64,000 nt of DNA from a virus (lineage: Duplodnaviria; Caudoviricetes). Every line of letters begins with the position of its first letter. The stretch's first letter is position 1. The notes beneath the pieces were generated by a model. It did no database searches. It saw only the letters and a program-made list of their open reading frames with translations, and was not told the origin of the DNA. The stretch covers positions 24,721 to 88,720 of IMG/VR virus record IMGVR_UViG_3300030372_003714, one strand, 5' to 3'. Position numbers and translations under genes: made by a program. Shown here piece by piece: positions 44,277 through 56,200 of this stretch.

Positions 44277-46714
44277 AAATAGTACGTGAGCACGTAGTCG
44301 ATGAAATTATCGGCGATGTGAAAACCAATAAATTTAAAATTGGTGAAGACTCAATGGGTATTATAATAGACTCATTGATTAATTTATATTCTGACCCTAT
44401 TGGTTCTATTGTTCGTGAAGTAACATCTAATTGTTACGACGCTATGAGAGAAAAAGACCTTAAACTTAAGCATGTTATTCCGATGACAGCTGAAGATCAC
44501 AAAGAATGGTTTTCTTCTAACAAAAAGGTACAAATAGAATTCCAGGAAGAGAATATATTATTAGGTATAGGTAATGCGTTCCTATTCCGTGACTTTGGTG
44601 TAGGCCTTAGTAAAAAACGTGTAGAAGAAATTTATACTCTGTTTGGTAATTCAACTAAACGAGATAATAATCATCAAATTGGTGGTTTCGGTATTGGTGC
44701 TAAGTCTCCTTTCTCGTACACTGATACATTCTATATAATAACTAATCATAATGGACAAAAGTTCAGTTATATGTTATATAGAGGTAATGATGCGTTTCAT
44801 ATGGATTTGCTTAAGCAAGCAAAAACTACTGAACCGAATTCTACTGAAGTTATTATCCCTATTAATCAAGAAGATTCTTATAGAGATATAAAAAACTTTG
44901 TAAAAGCTATTAATAGCCAATTAACTTATTTCCAAAACCTAGAATTTATAAATATAGAAGAAGGTTGTGGTAGAACAGCTACACTTGCTGAAATAACTTA
45001 TGAGGATGATGATGTAGCTATTTCTTCAATAGGTCATGAAGATACTGAACTTCATTTAATGGTTGGTAGAGTTAAATATCCTTTAAATTCTAGTATGGTA
45101 GATGATTCAGTAAGCTGGCGTAGTAATTATATTCCTGCTGCTATCAAATTTGCTGTTGGTGAAATCGATCTGGTTCCTAGTAGAGAAGCAATTAGATATA
45201 CAGATAGAACTAAAGAGGCTATTAAAAACAAAATACTTACTATACAAAAAAATATGAAAGTATTATGTGAGCAAGAATTAGCTAAGTGTAATGATTTTAT
45301 TACTTGGTTAAAACAAGCCCATGCTTTAACTAAGAATGATGGTAATAGATGGCGTACTAATTTTAATAGTGTATTTGCTGTTCAATCTTATCTTGCTAAA
45401 TTAAGAGATAAGGCGCCTGTGTGTAATATTCATGGTAAAACTCTTAGTAGAGATTTCTTTAGTGATGACAATAGATCATTTATGTTGTTCCGCGGCTTTA
45501 CTGTTAATAGAGTAAAGAAAGAAAGAAATGCTAATTATGTTGGTGGTTTTAAATTAAATAAACCTAAGCCAAAGATAGAAGATTTCTATAATTTACCTAT
45601 TTATTTTCAGACTCAGCCTGATCCTAAAACTGATGATCCTAGAAAAGTGTTTACAAAGTCTAAAGATTTTTATTTAGCTAATAAACATGAAAATGGATTT
45701 ATTCAGATAAGGAGAGAGTTTGAGCTAGATTCTAAACATTTTGATAAAGAAAATGAGATGGGATTCTGGGGCTCTGATGATAGTAAGCGTACTGAAGCTG
45801 AAATTCAATCCGATTTCGATGTACTGTGTGAGTACTTTGCAAATTCTACTACTCATTGTTATGACTCTGTTGAGCCTGATGAGGATTTAAGTGAAGAGGT
45901 AGGTACATTTGAAACAGAAGCAGAGAGACGTAAGAGGATGGGTAAAGCATTTCTTAGACGTATATATTTCAAAGATAGATATAATGATCGTGATAAAGTT
46001 GCATTTAGCAATGACGAGTATCATATCCATGATTTAGAAAAATATGTTGAAGAAGATAAAGGTATTATTATTTATGGTAATTCTTCTGATGATAACTTAT
46101 TAAAAAGTGTAGCAGCTATATTTGAGCAAGGGGGCTATTATCCTGATAGAAGAGGATACAGTTCTAGTAGTTTAAGTGTAAAAGATTACCCTGTGGTAAT
46201 TCTTAAAGTTGCGGCTACATTAAATAAGAAAATGACTAAGTTTATTAATATTAAAGATCTGTTTACTATGAAACATCCCATACTAACAAACTGGTATACA
46301 GCTAAACTTACTAGAGAAAATACTGATGATGTTTATTTCTTTTCTTGTTTTGAAAAGTTAAATTCTAATTTATATTATAAATGGAAAGAACTTAAAGAAA
46401 ACCATGAAAAGAACTATGAACAATTTAAGTATTTACATAGGAATGATGAGCAACAAATGGCTGAAATGTGTAAAGCTGCAGATTGTATAAACCATAGAAT
46501 GGTTCAGAATCTTAAAGAACTTACTGATTATTCTAAGGATTTAGATTTGCTTAAGTGTTTAAGTTTTGCTCAGAATGACTGTGACTCTCATAGTGATATA
46601 CCTTCTAAAGAAATTTTCTTAGCCTTAAGAGAATATCTTAAATTTAAAGGTAAAGCTGTTGTTAAGTTTAAGAAACAAAGAAAGAAAAAGCAAGAAAGTC
46701 TTGCTAGTGTTTAA
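44273..46714 (+). CDS. rIIA: rIIA-like protein (GHKL ATPase N-terminus)
   Basis: LYSDPIGSIVREVTSNCYD, RDFGVGLS, GGFGIGAKSPFSYT, IDLVPSREAIRY. Confidence 0.9.
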   Translation: MKIVREHVVDEIIGDVKTNKFKIGEDSMGIIIDSLINLYSDPIGSIVREVTSNCYDAMREKDLKLKHVIPMTAEDHKEWFSSNKKVQIEFQEENILLGIGNAFLFRDFGVGLSKKRVEEIYTLFGNSTKRDNNHQIGGFGIGAKSPFSYTDTFYIITNHNGQKFSYMLYRGNDAFHMDLLKQAKTTEPNSTEVIIPINQEDSYRDIKNFVKAINSQLTYFQNLEFINIEEGCGRTATLAEITYEDDDVAISSIGHEDTELHLMVGRVKYPLNSSMVDDSVSWRSNYIPAAIKFAVGEIDLVPSREAIRYTDRTKEAIKNKILTIQKNMKVLCEQELAKCNDFITWLKQAHALTKNDGNRWRTNFNSVFAVQSYLAKLRDKAPVCNIHGKTLSRDFFSDDNRSFMLFRGFTVNRVKKERNANYVGGFKLNKPKPKIEDFYNLPIYFQTQPDPKTDDPRKVFTKSKDFYLANKHENGFIQIRREFELDSKHFDKENEMGFWGSDDSKRTEAEIQSDFDVLCEYFANSTTHCYDSVEPDEDLSEEVGTFETEAERRKRMGKAFLRRIYFKDRYNDRDKVAFSNDEYHIHDLEKYVEEDKGIIIYGNSSDDNLLKSVAAIFEQGGYYPDRRGYSSSSLSVKDYPVVILKVAATLNKKMTKFINIKDLFTMKHPILTNWYTAKLTRENTDDVYFFSCFEKLNSNLYYKWKELKENHEKNYEQFKYLHRNDEQQMAEMCKAADCINHRMVQNLKELTDYSKDLDLLKCLSFAQNDCDSHSDIPSKEIFLALREYLKFKGKAVVKFKKQRKKKQESLASV

Positions 46715-46734
46715 TTAATTATTATTTTTGTAAA

Positions 46735-47745
46735 ATGACGAATTCGTATTTAGTCTGTAAAGTCGGTAAAGATGATGTTCAAATCATTATCGATGGACTA
46801 CCCAAAAGTATCTCGAAGCAATTTAAAGAAGCTGATCAAGTTGTAGCGCTTGCTCGTAACTTCAATGCTTCTAGAGATCAAGATGAACGTAACGCTATAC
46901 TGGAGAAAGTAAAAACCCTACTAACTCCAGCAAACCGCATTCAGCATGCAACTGATGGCCGTTTTGAGTTTGATGGAGGAAACAAGATGTATCTTAAAGG
47001 TACAACTGATCCTATTCCTAACTTCCTTGCGAAGAAACTTATGAAATGGCTTGAAGAAGATGTGCCGTTAGATGGTTTGATAAACTTCTGGAAGCATCTA
47101 TTGTTAAACCCTGATAAGTCTGTTAGAAGACAATTATACGGTTTCTTAGAGCATAATGGACATCCCATTACAGATAAGGGTTATTTCTTAGCATATAAAG
47201 CTTGTAAAGTAAAGAAAGTATATGATACTGATACCGGTGAGGAGAAGGTTCAGTTCAAATACAATTCTGATACTGGAGAGCAAGAAAAGAAATATACACA
47301 GTCACTAACTTTTGCTCCGTACCATAGTGGTGCGCATGGAATGGTAATTAAGTGTGGTACACCAATTACTATGCCGAGAGAAGATTGTGATCCAGATCCT
47401 GAACGTACTTGTTCCAGAGGCCTCCATGTAGGGTCAATGGAATATGTTCATGATTTTGGATACGGTGATGGTGTAATTTTAGAAGTTCTCGTAAGTCCTC
47501 GCAATGTTGTAGCAGTTCCGACTGATTACAATAATACGAAGATGAGATGTTGTGAGTATTTCCCTATTGCTATTAGTAATGGTGAGAATGAAAATGTATA
47601 TCTTGAGTCTGATTATACTGCATTTGATAATAAGCAAATGAAGACGGATTTACAAGAATATGAGTCCGCTAAAAGAGAGCAGATTAAAGATCTTGAGACT
47701 GAGTTAGCTCAGAACTCTGAGATTGCTGCTAGCTTGATGGCGTAA
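46735..47745 (+). CDS. rIIB: rIIB-like protein
   Basis: PITDKGYFLAYK, MPREDCDPDPERTCSRGLH, VSPRNVVAVPTDYNNTKMRCCEY. Confidence 0.92.
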   Translation: MTNSYLVCKVGKDDVQIIIDGLPKSISKQFKEADQVVALARNFNASRDQDERNAILEKVKTLLTPANRIQHATDGRFEFDGGNKMYLKGTTDPIPNFLAKKLMKWLEEDVPLDGLINFWKHLLLNPDKSVRRQLYGFLEHNGHPITDKGYFLAYKACKVKKVYDTDTGEEKVQFKYNSDTGEQEKKYTQSLTFAPYHSGAHGMVIKCGTPITMPREDCDPDPERTCSRGLHVGSMEYVHDFGYGDGVILEVLVSPRNVVAVPTDYNNTKMRCCEYFPIAISNGENENVYLESDYTAFDNKQMKTDLQEYESAKREQIKDLETELAQNSEIAASLMA

Positions 47746-47828
47746 TTATAAATCGCAAGAGGGCCCCATTACATAGTGTTTCCTCCATTTGTCACTATGG
47801 GGGCCTACCTTGCACCTTACCCTAAATT

Positions 47829-48332
47829 ATGAAACAATTAAAGATTGAGATCCCACATTTTATTACCCATATAGCAAAAACAAAAACTAAATGGGTCAAA
47901 ATTAATGGTCAACGTCTTTATACTGGTATGAACCACCATTTACGTTCTCTTATTGTAAGAAGAATGCACACTTATATTCAGCAATATATCCCAAACGGAT
48001 TGGATATAAGAAAAATGGCCCCTCTTAAAATTAAACTTGAGGTACACACTGTAATAAATCACGGTGATATTAGAATGTATAAAGGCGATTTAAGATGGCG
48101 TCCACCTAAAAAAGATTATAAGCCCAAATGGGATGTAGATAATCTATGGATCTGGATCAAAGCTTTTCAGGATACTATTGTAGAAATGGGTCTCATTGAT
48201 GATGACAACTGCGATATTATACCTAATACGGGAGAAATAGAATTTATACCTGTAGAAAGGCTTGAAAATAGAAAATTAGTATATATAATAACCAATTATA
48301 AAAAGAAGAAACATGGAAATAAGTCACGTTAG
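47829..48332 (+). CDS. RusA-like Holliday junction resolvase
   Basis: DVDNL..IKAFQDTI...GLIDDDN matches RusA DxDN...K...D...DD. Confidence 0.8.
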   Translation: MKQLKIEIPHFITHIAKTKTKWVKINGQRLYTGMNHHLRSLIVRRMHTYIQQYIPNGLDIRKMAPLKIKLEVHTVINHGDIRMYKGDLRWRPPKKDYKPKWDVDNLWIWIKAFQDTIVEMGLIDDDNCDIIPNTGEIEFIPVERLENRKLVYIITNYKKKKHGNKSR

Positions 48333-49335
48333 TCATTCTTCTCTAAGCGCTCTAAAAGTTAGCCCACAATACTTCCAAAAATATATTAATCGAGAATTAA
48401 AACAAGATGATAGTAGGTATCTAGATTTAGGTAGCGCTATCCATTGTTATATTCTGGAAAATAATACATTTAATGATAAATACATTGTATCTAATGTAAA
48501 TGTTATTGGAGGTATGATGGGTAAATTTATAGAAGCTCTTGTAGAGAATGAGAAATATGTATTAGAATCAGTTCATGATTCTACGGAAGATACGCCTGCT
48601 GAGTTTGTGTTACAAAATGAAGATCATTTATATCAACACTGTTATGACTTAGCCGGATTTAAGATTCCGATAGCCACTGTAATAAAAAAGCTAGACCAAT
48701 ATGAAAATAAGAATTATTTATCTTTCTTGTTGGAAGCTAGTGGCAAACATGTTCTATCTCAAGAAGAGATGGAAATAATAATTCAGTGTTCAGATTCTGT
48801 AAGAAGACATGCGGTAGCAAGCCGTGTGTTAAATCCTGTAGGGGCTGAACCAGAAAAAGAAATTCTTTGGACTCACAAAGATTTTACAATTAAATCAATT
48901 ATTGATAACTTAATACTTGATAAAGACAATAAGTTAGTTACAATTACAGATTTAAAAACAACGTCTAAAAACCCATATAGTTTTATAAGATCTTATACAT
49001 CTTATGGATACTATAGGCAAATAGCGATCTATAAACAAGCTGTCCATGCATACATGGAAGAGCAGGGATTAGATCCTATGGACTATGATTTTAAACTCTT
49101 AATTGTAGCGTTACAAACTACCGGTCTTTATGAGTGTGTGGTATATGAGCCTGATAACCTTGACTTGTCTATCGCCATTGATGAGTTTGAGAGCTTGTTA
49201 GATAGGCTTAAATGGCATCAAGACCACAACCAATGGGATTACCCAATGGAGTATTATAAAAATAATGGTATAATTAAAATCAAACTATCGGATGAAGCTA
49301 TCTCAAGAATTAGAGAAACTTCGGAAAGTGATTAA
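48313..49335 (+). CDS. PD-(D/E)xK exonuclease (Exo VIII/DUF3799-like)
   Basis: SHSSL, LGSAIH, KSIIDNL...ITDLKTT, YGYYRQIAIY. Confidence 0.85.
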   Translation: MEISHVSHSSLSALKVSPQYFQKYINRELKQDDSRYLDLGSAIHCYILENNTFNDKYIVSNVNVIGGMMGKFIEALVENEKYVLESVHDSTEDTPAEFVLQNEDHLYQHCYDLAGFKIPIATVIKKLDQYENKNYLSFLLEASGKHVLSQEEMEIIIQCSDSVRRHAVASRVLNPVGAEPEKEILWTHKDFTIKSIIDNLILDKDNKLVTITDLKTTSKNPYSFIRSYTSYGYYRQIAIYKQAVHAYMEEQGLDPMDYDFKLLIVALQTTGLYECVVYEPDNLDLSIAIDEFESLLDRLKWHQDHNQWDYPMEYYKNNGIIKIKLSDEAISRIRETSESD

Positions 49336-49885
49336 ACCTACAAAGACTGTTGATTTTATCTTTCCTTTAACCGGATACTCAAAGGCTGATTTAGATCCTT
49401 ATCTAGTAAACGCATATCTTGGCGATGTAAGTATGCTAGACTGGGATCTAGAATCACCTGATGTATTTGTTTTGCTAAAATATAGCGGACATATTACATT
49501 CTATGAGTTGGAAAAAGAGTTAGAAAGAAATGAACACTTTAAGACATCATATTCGTTGTTTCGTGGTAAATATATAATGTTTGTATTTACTATTGGTCCA
49601 ACATTTATTGATGACTTTAATAAGTTTATGGAGGGGAAGTACTCGAAGCTTTCTCACCCCGCTAAAATTCGTATAATGAGACATCGAAAACCAAATAGCC
49701 CTATGCCGTTAATCCTGGATAAGGATAAGAGCCTTCGTGAATACTGGGAATTAAAACTAGACGCGGAGTTGCCACAAAAATCAGAAGTATGGCCTATTAT
49801 GAATATTGATGATGAATTATTTGATAAAAGCGAGTTCAAAGAATTGATGGGGATAAACGAAGACTTACCACTAAATTTAATCTAG
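49292..49885 (+). CDS. Hypothetical protein, last rightward gene
   Basis: 197 aa; FNKFMEGKYSKLS motif; function unknown. Confidence 0.65.
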   Translation: MKLSQELEKLRKVIKPTKTVDFIFPLTGYSKADLDPYLVNAYLGDVSMLDWDLESPDVFVLLKYSGHITFYELEKELERNEHFKTSYSLFRGKYIMFVFTIGPTFIDDFNKFMEGKYSKLSHPAKIRIMRHRKPNSPMPLILDKDKSLREYWELKLDAELPQKSEVWPIMNIDDELFDKSEFKELMGINEDLPLNLI

Positions 49886-50248
49886 TGGTGAGTCCTCCTC
49901 ATCTCCTAAGTTTATATCAAGTTTATAAGTAAACTTCCCCCTTTTTGTCGCACGGGAGGCGTCCCATCGCTTATGTCTTTCCTTAATATTGACTAGTACT
50001 GCACACTTTTCGTATTCTTCTTGTTCTACAAAGTATTCTAAAAGAACATCAAATACAGATAGCTCATCAAAATCTGTTAGAAGCCAGAATAGCTTATCAG
50101 GAAAAATCTCAAAATCGTAATTATTAACGATAAGAGTATAAGTGTTTTCCATAGATTGTTTTCTTATATATTCACGCTCTTCATCTTTAAGGAGATCTAA
50201 GTCTGGGTCTTCATTATTGTAAAAGTAATTCTCTAAATCGTCATTCAT
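49877..50248 (-). CDS. UVR-like EEYEKC protein, paralog of 24883-25137
   Basis: LLEYFVEQEEYEKCAVL; convergent 9-nt overlap with 49292-49885. Confidence 0.65.
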   Translation of the reverse strand: MNDDLENYFYNNEDPDLDLLKDEEREYIRKQSMENTYTLIVNNYDFEIFPDKLFWLLTDFDELSVFDVLLEYFVEQEEYEKCAVLVNIKERHKRWDASRATKRGKFTYKLDINLGDEEDSPLD

Positions 50249-50254
50249 TCACAT

Positions 50255-53200
50255 TTATTTTAAATCAAAGAACTTAATCTTATCTCTAGGATCTGTCCCA
50301 AGTTCTTTGAATAGTAAGACATTACGTATGTATTTATTAATCTTAGCGTCGCCTTTCTCATATCGTCCTGTTTTTCTCTTATATCTTTCTACATCTCCGC
50401 CTAATATTATAGACCATGAGTCATCCCACGCCTGGCTTAATAATTTACTATACGCTTCTATTGTAGTTAAGTTCGCAGCAGGTGTTCTTAAGATCTCATA
50501 GAATGATGACCCTAATGGATTATAGAATGCAAGCTCTGACTGAATTCTCTTAATTGAGTAAAGAGCATACCAGTCTACTGCTGACCTATCTTCCGGTTCG
50601 TCGTCCATTCCAAAGAACGCTAGTCCTAAGATGGTTAAGAAATAAAAACCTGCTACTTCACCTAAACCACGTTTTATATTTGCTTGCTGCCATGACTCAA
50701 GTTCTCTATAACGTTCTTTCATAGTAAAGAACTGTAATCTTTTGAAGTCTCTTCCTAGCTGGCCTATAAATTTAACAGCTGTTACATAGTTTCCTTCCAT
50801 ATAGGATTCTAGTCTCTCGTTGTAATTAGGCCCTTTTATATCAGATTCTTGATCATAAAATAATTTTTCTGCCCCTTCAAATCTACGACGGTATCCAGGT
50901 CTTAACCACTTACGGAATTGTAATGCCCATCTACCTGCAGCATATTGTTGAATAGCGGCTTTATCTTTCTCATTATAAATACCGTGTAACCTTTGGTATA
51001 ATGCTTGTATTTTTTCTGAGAATAAGATTCTATCTTGTTCACTAAATTGTGATGCTACTTCAGGGTCTAGTACTAATTTACCTTTTTCTCCTATACTGTA
51101 TGCATCCCATAAGTTAATAGTTCCTTTGCTAGTTTTAAATTTCTTATTAAACATCATAGCCATGGCAAGCTGACTTTGTATCATATGCTCACCCGCACTC
51201 ATCATAAAGTATAAAGCTCCTTGATTCATTCTTAATCCTAATTGCTTAGGGTTAAGTTTTCTACCATATTCATCAAACTCTTGAAGTACATTAAATAATT
51301 CATTCATCTGACCTAACTTAGATTTAGGGGCCCTAGCTAGAGTATCTGCTATTAGTCCAGCACCTCCTAGTTGATCTGTTGAAGTATATGCTAAATATTT
51401 TGTTTTCGCTTTAGTCCAATCTTTCATGTTAAAGAACTGCCCAGCCCATGCTTCAGTAAAGTTCATTATAGAACCAAATCCTATATTGGCTACAGCTGCT
51501 TTATCATTCATTGCTAATACTCTTAAACTACCAAGTTGTAGTAATGCATCACTTATCTGATCTGCATTTGTAGTCTTACCAAATATTGTAATAGCACCTC
51601 CCATTTTCTTACGCTTACCATATACAACCATATTAAAATAGTCTTCTAGTCTTTGGTATGCTTTAGAGTCTATACCAGCAAAATCAATATCTTCTCCTGT
51701 AATCGCATCTGGTACTGGCATTCCACTCTTACGCTTTTTAACACGTCTAGTTCTAACTAATTCTTTTGCTGCTTCTATCTCTGGTAGGATTTGTTGCATC
51801 TCATTAAAGTTATTAGCCATTGTGTAATACATTTTTAATCCACTAGATAAATCATAACTTACATCTGCTGGACTTAATTGTCCTTCTGCATTTCCAATTC
51901 TAGATGAATAATGTACAGGTATATAACTCATAGGATCTCCTGCGGCATCAACATACTCACCCCACATAATATTATCCTGTGCTTTACCAAATACTTCTAG
52001 CATCTTTTCACGGATAGCATTAATACTACCTTTAAATACACCATTATGTTCTGGATTCATAAACCATCTCTCTGCTTGAGTCGCTCTTAAACCTGGTAAT
52101 GCATTTCCACGTTGATATGCTTTAGGTAAGAAGTTTTGAGCCTCATTATAATGTTTCTTATAGAAGTCATAATATTGTTTCCTAGGATCAGAAGCTTCCA
52201 TGTTTTGTACCTCTTTGTACTTTTCACTTAAATAAGATTTAGGAGAATTCTGTAACCATTTATTATATTTACCTTTAGTATTATCTTCTTTATAAAATTC
52301 AGCCCATTGTACTTCACTCAATGCGTAACCTGCATCAAGTTTTTCATTCATAAACTTATCTCTAGCTACTTTAAATTCAGGCATATATTCTTGAATTATA
52401 TGTCCTGTTAGATTTCCTGCTTTGTCTGCTTCTAGCATAAAACCAAATAACTCTCGATATTTCCATATAGAAACGCCAAGTCCTGATTGGAAGTCCTCTA
52501 GCTTTTTAGTTAAATCCAATAAGGCTCCTTCACCGTGTACTAAATCATATTCTGCTTTGTTTACTTTACCTCTCTGTATAGTAACCATCTTATCTACCAT
52601 AGCTAATGATGGATCACTTGAGTCTCCTAAAGCATCCATCCATCTAGCAATCCACGTTATATCACTTCCAGCTAGCTGTAATTCCTCCATAAACTTATCA
52701 GGATTATTTTTATACTCCGGATTAGAAGTTAGTGCTGCAAATTTATCAGCAATAAGAGGCCTTAATAATGATTTAATATCCTCTAATACAAGATTTCTCT
52801 TTGCTATAGCTGGTTGTACATACTTCTCTAATAAATTTTCATAACCAGATTCAGCTAATAGAGGGGCCATTAATGTTACCTCTTCAAGTATACCGTACGC
52901 ATTTACAAAATCTTTTATTTGAAGTAGTATTCTAGGATTTAATGCGTCATCTTTCTTTAATTGATTAAGTCTTCTATGCGCATTATTAAGATCTGCTACA
53001 GCACGTTTTGTAAATAATACTAATCCTTCTTTCTCGTTAAGCTCTTCCATCTCATTAAAGATTTCTTTAAGCCTATTAGCATAATCACTATTACCCTTAT
53101 CCTTAGAATATAAAGCAATCTTTCTTTCTAATATTCCTTTAGCTTTTTTAAATACTTTTAATACATTATTGTATTCATCCTGCTTCATCATTGTATCATG

Positions 53201-56200
53201 ATTAGGCGCTATAAACTCAATCATCTTTTTGATTGTTTTATTAGGAACAGCTTCTAGATCCTTAAGCTTGTTTATATTTGGAGTAGTTTCAGTATTTACA
53301 GCTGCATTAGTAAAGAAGATTTCACCATTATTATCAATAGAAACATCTGCTTCTATAGGAACAATGTTAAGTCCATCTACTGTTATACCTTTTTCCTCTA
53401 TTATATATTTGTATAGCGAAAGCTGTATACGATATTTATTTAATAGTGTATTTTGGATTCCTGCTAAAGGCCCTTTAAAATCAGGTAACTTTTTAGTAAT
53501 TGAACCAAATTTACCACGCATTTTAGTTTTAAAGTCATGGATTATTTTCTTATTATTAGAAGTAACCTCTATAATATCTGCTGTACCTGCAATTAGATCT
53601 TGTTTATCTCCTACTTGAACCTCAGAATAAAGACGGCTTCCAGTAGCTTCCTTACTACGAACCCAATCTCTTATAGATGGAATGATTTCTCTAAAGGCAG
53701 TTCTGTGCTGTTCAGGCAAACCTTCTAATATAACTTCCATGTCTGATTTATTTACAATTCCTTCTGCTATAGTATGAATACCAGTACCCATATCATCTCT
53801 TAAGAAATCCCATAGCTTCTGTACTTTGTCCGCCGTGTTAAATGGACTACCTTCTCTTTTATTAATGTTAGCTACCTTCTCTGCCATTCTTTGTTGATCA
53901 AATGGATCTTGGAATATCTCCATTACTCTACTAACACGGTTCATTTTTACACCATCTAGTTCATAGTATGGTGATTGTTCTGTTGGAGATATAATATTTT
54001 CACTTTCATCAATAAGCATGTCCATCTTATCTTTTTCAGTGAATTGTCTTAAGTATGGTACTTTACTACTAGCTGCTTGCGCTCCTTTTGTAATTAAGTC
54101 TCCAACATTTATTTTTTCTCCTTTAGTATTTCTAAATTCAAACTTAGCTTTATTTAAAGCATAATATTTATTTACACCTATATTATCTATACTTAGATTT
54201 CCAGGGTTTATACCGTTAATAATTGCATCAGCTGCGGGACCAAGTATTTCAGTTAATTGCTCATTTAAGGCATTTACCTGACCTTTCCTTCCGCTAAAGA
54301 ATCTTTTAATAGAATCCCATACTTTTCTTAATGTACCAAGAAGCCCATCTCCATAGTCTTCAGTTACCGCTTCTCCTTCATATTTACCTACAATATATTT
54401 AGCTAATATTTTACCTGCTGCCTCTTTCTGGAAGTCTAACTCTTGATTATAAACATGCTTGTAGTCTTCTTTTACTGTCTGGAATGTTTTAGTTTGTCTT
54501 ACCAGTTCTAAAAGCCTTTGCATTGGTGCATTATCCATCATTTCTACATAGAAGTGACCTGCTTCTTCAGATAATGTATATTTATCTCTGTTATTATCTA
54601 CAAGAACTGCACGGTTTAACATGTCTGCCATACCTATTGCATCGATTCCTAATTTAGTCTTAAGGTTATCATATTTCTGTACAGGTATACCAAAATGTTG
54701 CATTAACCACTGCTCAATTCTTTCATCTAATGTATTTAATGTAGCTTCTTTTACCATAGGAGCCAGCTGCATTAGATCATTTAGATTAGTTTGTTGGTTT
54801 TCTGTCATCTCATCTAATGAGATTTCAGTTTTAGTAGGTACTTGAGGATTGATTACCTGATTTATAGGATTCATACTCTGCACCACGGCATTATCTGCCT
54901 GCATCTCAACTAGTCTAAATCTTTCTCCTAATGGTTGTATTTCTTCATAAATAGCACCACGTTCAGTTTTGTATCTAAATTTAAATAGTCTGAATTTATC
55001 ATTCATATATGATTTAAAGTAATTTACATACCCTCGACTATTATCTGCTTTTTCTGTGATTAATTGTGGATTACTATCCTGGTGTAAGAAATATTCATTT
55101 TTAGTAAGATTAAAATCTTTTCTTGTTTGCTCTGAAGTTTCTACACTCTTATTATCTACTGTCATAAGAAGACCCTGTTCTGTAAACATGTTTCTAATGA
55201 TCTGTTCCGAAGCTCCTGCAAAGTAATTTTCATAAGTCATACTACGTTCCTCATTACGGAAGAACTCTGTAAGTCCTGAACTTTTCCAGTATGACATAGG
55301 CACTAAATCAACAAATGAATTAGGCCCCAGCATAAATCCTGATGTAAGTACTGAGTACTTAGCTAGATTCTGAGCTAGTGTTCTAACTTCTTTTCTTGGG
55401 TCAACTAATAATTCTGCCCATCTATTTGTTATAGCATTTATCTGATCTACTCCAAGTTTTGTAGTATTATTAAATGCTATTAATTGTAAGTAATTATCTA
55501 CATTTACATTTGATTCATGTCCAAATAACATGCCTAGGAATATATCATTTTGTAAACCATATTTAGTTTTGATATTTTCCATCTGTCTAATAAGAGATTC
55601 TTCTTTTGTAAATAAAAGTTTTCTTACAGCTTCGTTATTTTCATATACCATAGATGAAAAAGGAGAACTCTTTTTTGTAAGGGCCCAATATAATCCCATA
55701 GAATTAATCACATCTGTAAGTTCCGGAGATAAGATATTATTTTTTTGTCCTGTTGCTTCTGCTATTTGATGCTTAAGTTCTGAGTATCCTGGTTTATTAT
55801 AAGGAACAAACTCAGATACAAAGTCAACAGCTGCTTGTAAACCAAATTTCTGATAAGCCTCTATTCTTTCTGTAGAATTTTCCATGCTTAATGATGACCC
55901 CGGTCCATTTAAGTACTCTACTTTACCTTGATAGTTTTCAATAAAACTTAATCTAGATAAATTCTTTAATGTCTCTGGAGATACAACTGTGTTAAATAGA
56001 GCCAAGTCTCTTCCTACTTTAGCATAATTTAAATAGTCGGATAAAATTTGTATTTGATTTCTTGCTACTCCTGGGTCCATCATATTTGCTTGCAATGATT
56101 CTGATAGATAATTAGCTGTAGGAGTAAATTCTATTTCTCCTTCTCTCATATTATCAAACTCAATTCCTAGGTTATAACTATTTGCAATTTCTTTTGCTAT

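Noticed and set aside
46723-46730. TATTTTTG box before rIIB
   Set aside because: Only 4 nt from the ATG, so it is more likely part of the AT-rich translation leader than a promoter.
44273-47745. rIIA/rIIB pair as a novel system
   Set aside because: A well-known phage module, found in many lineages.
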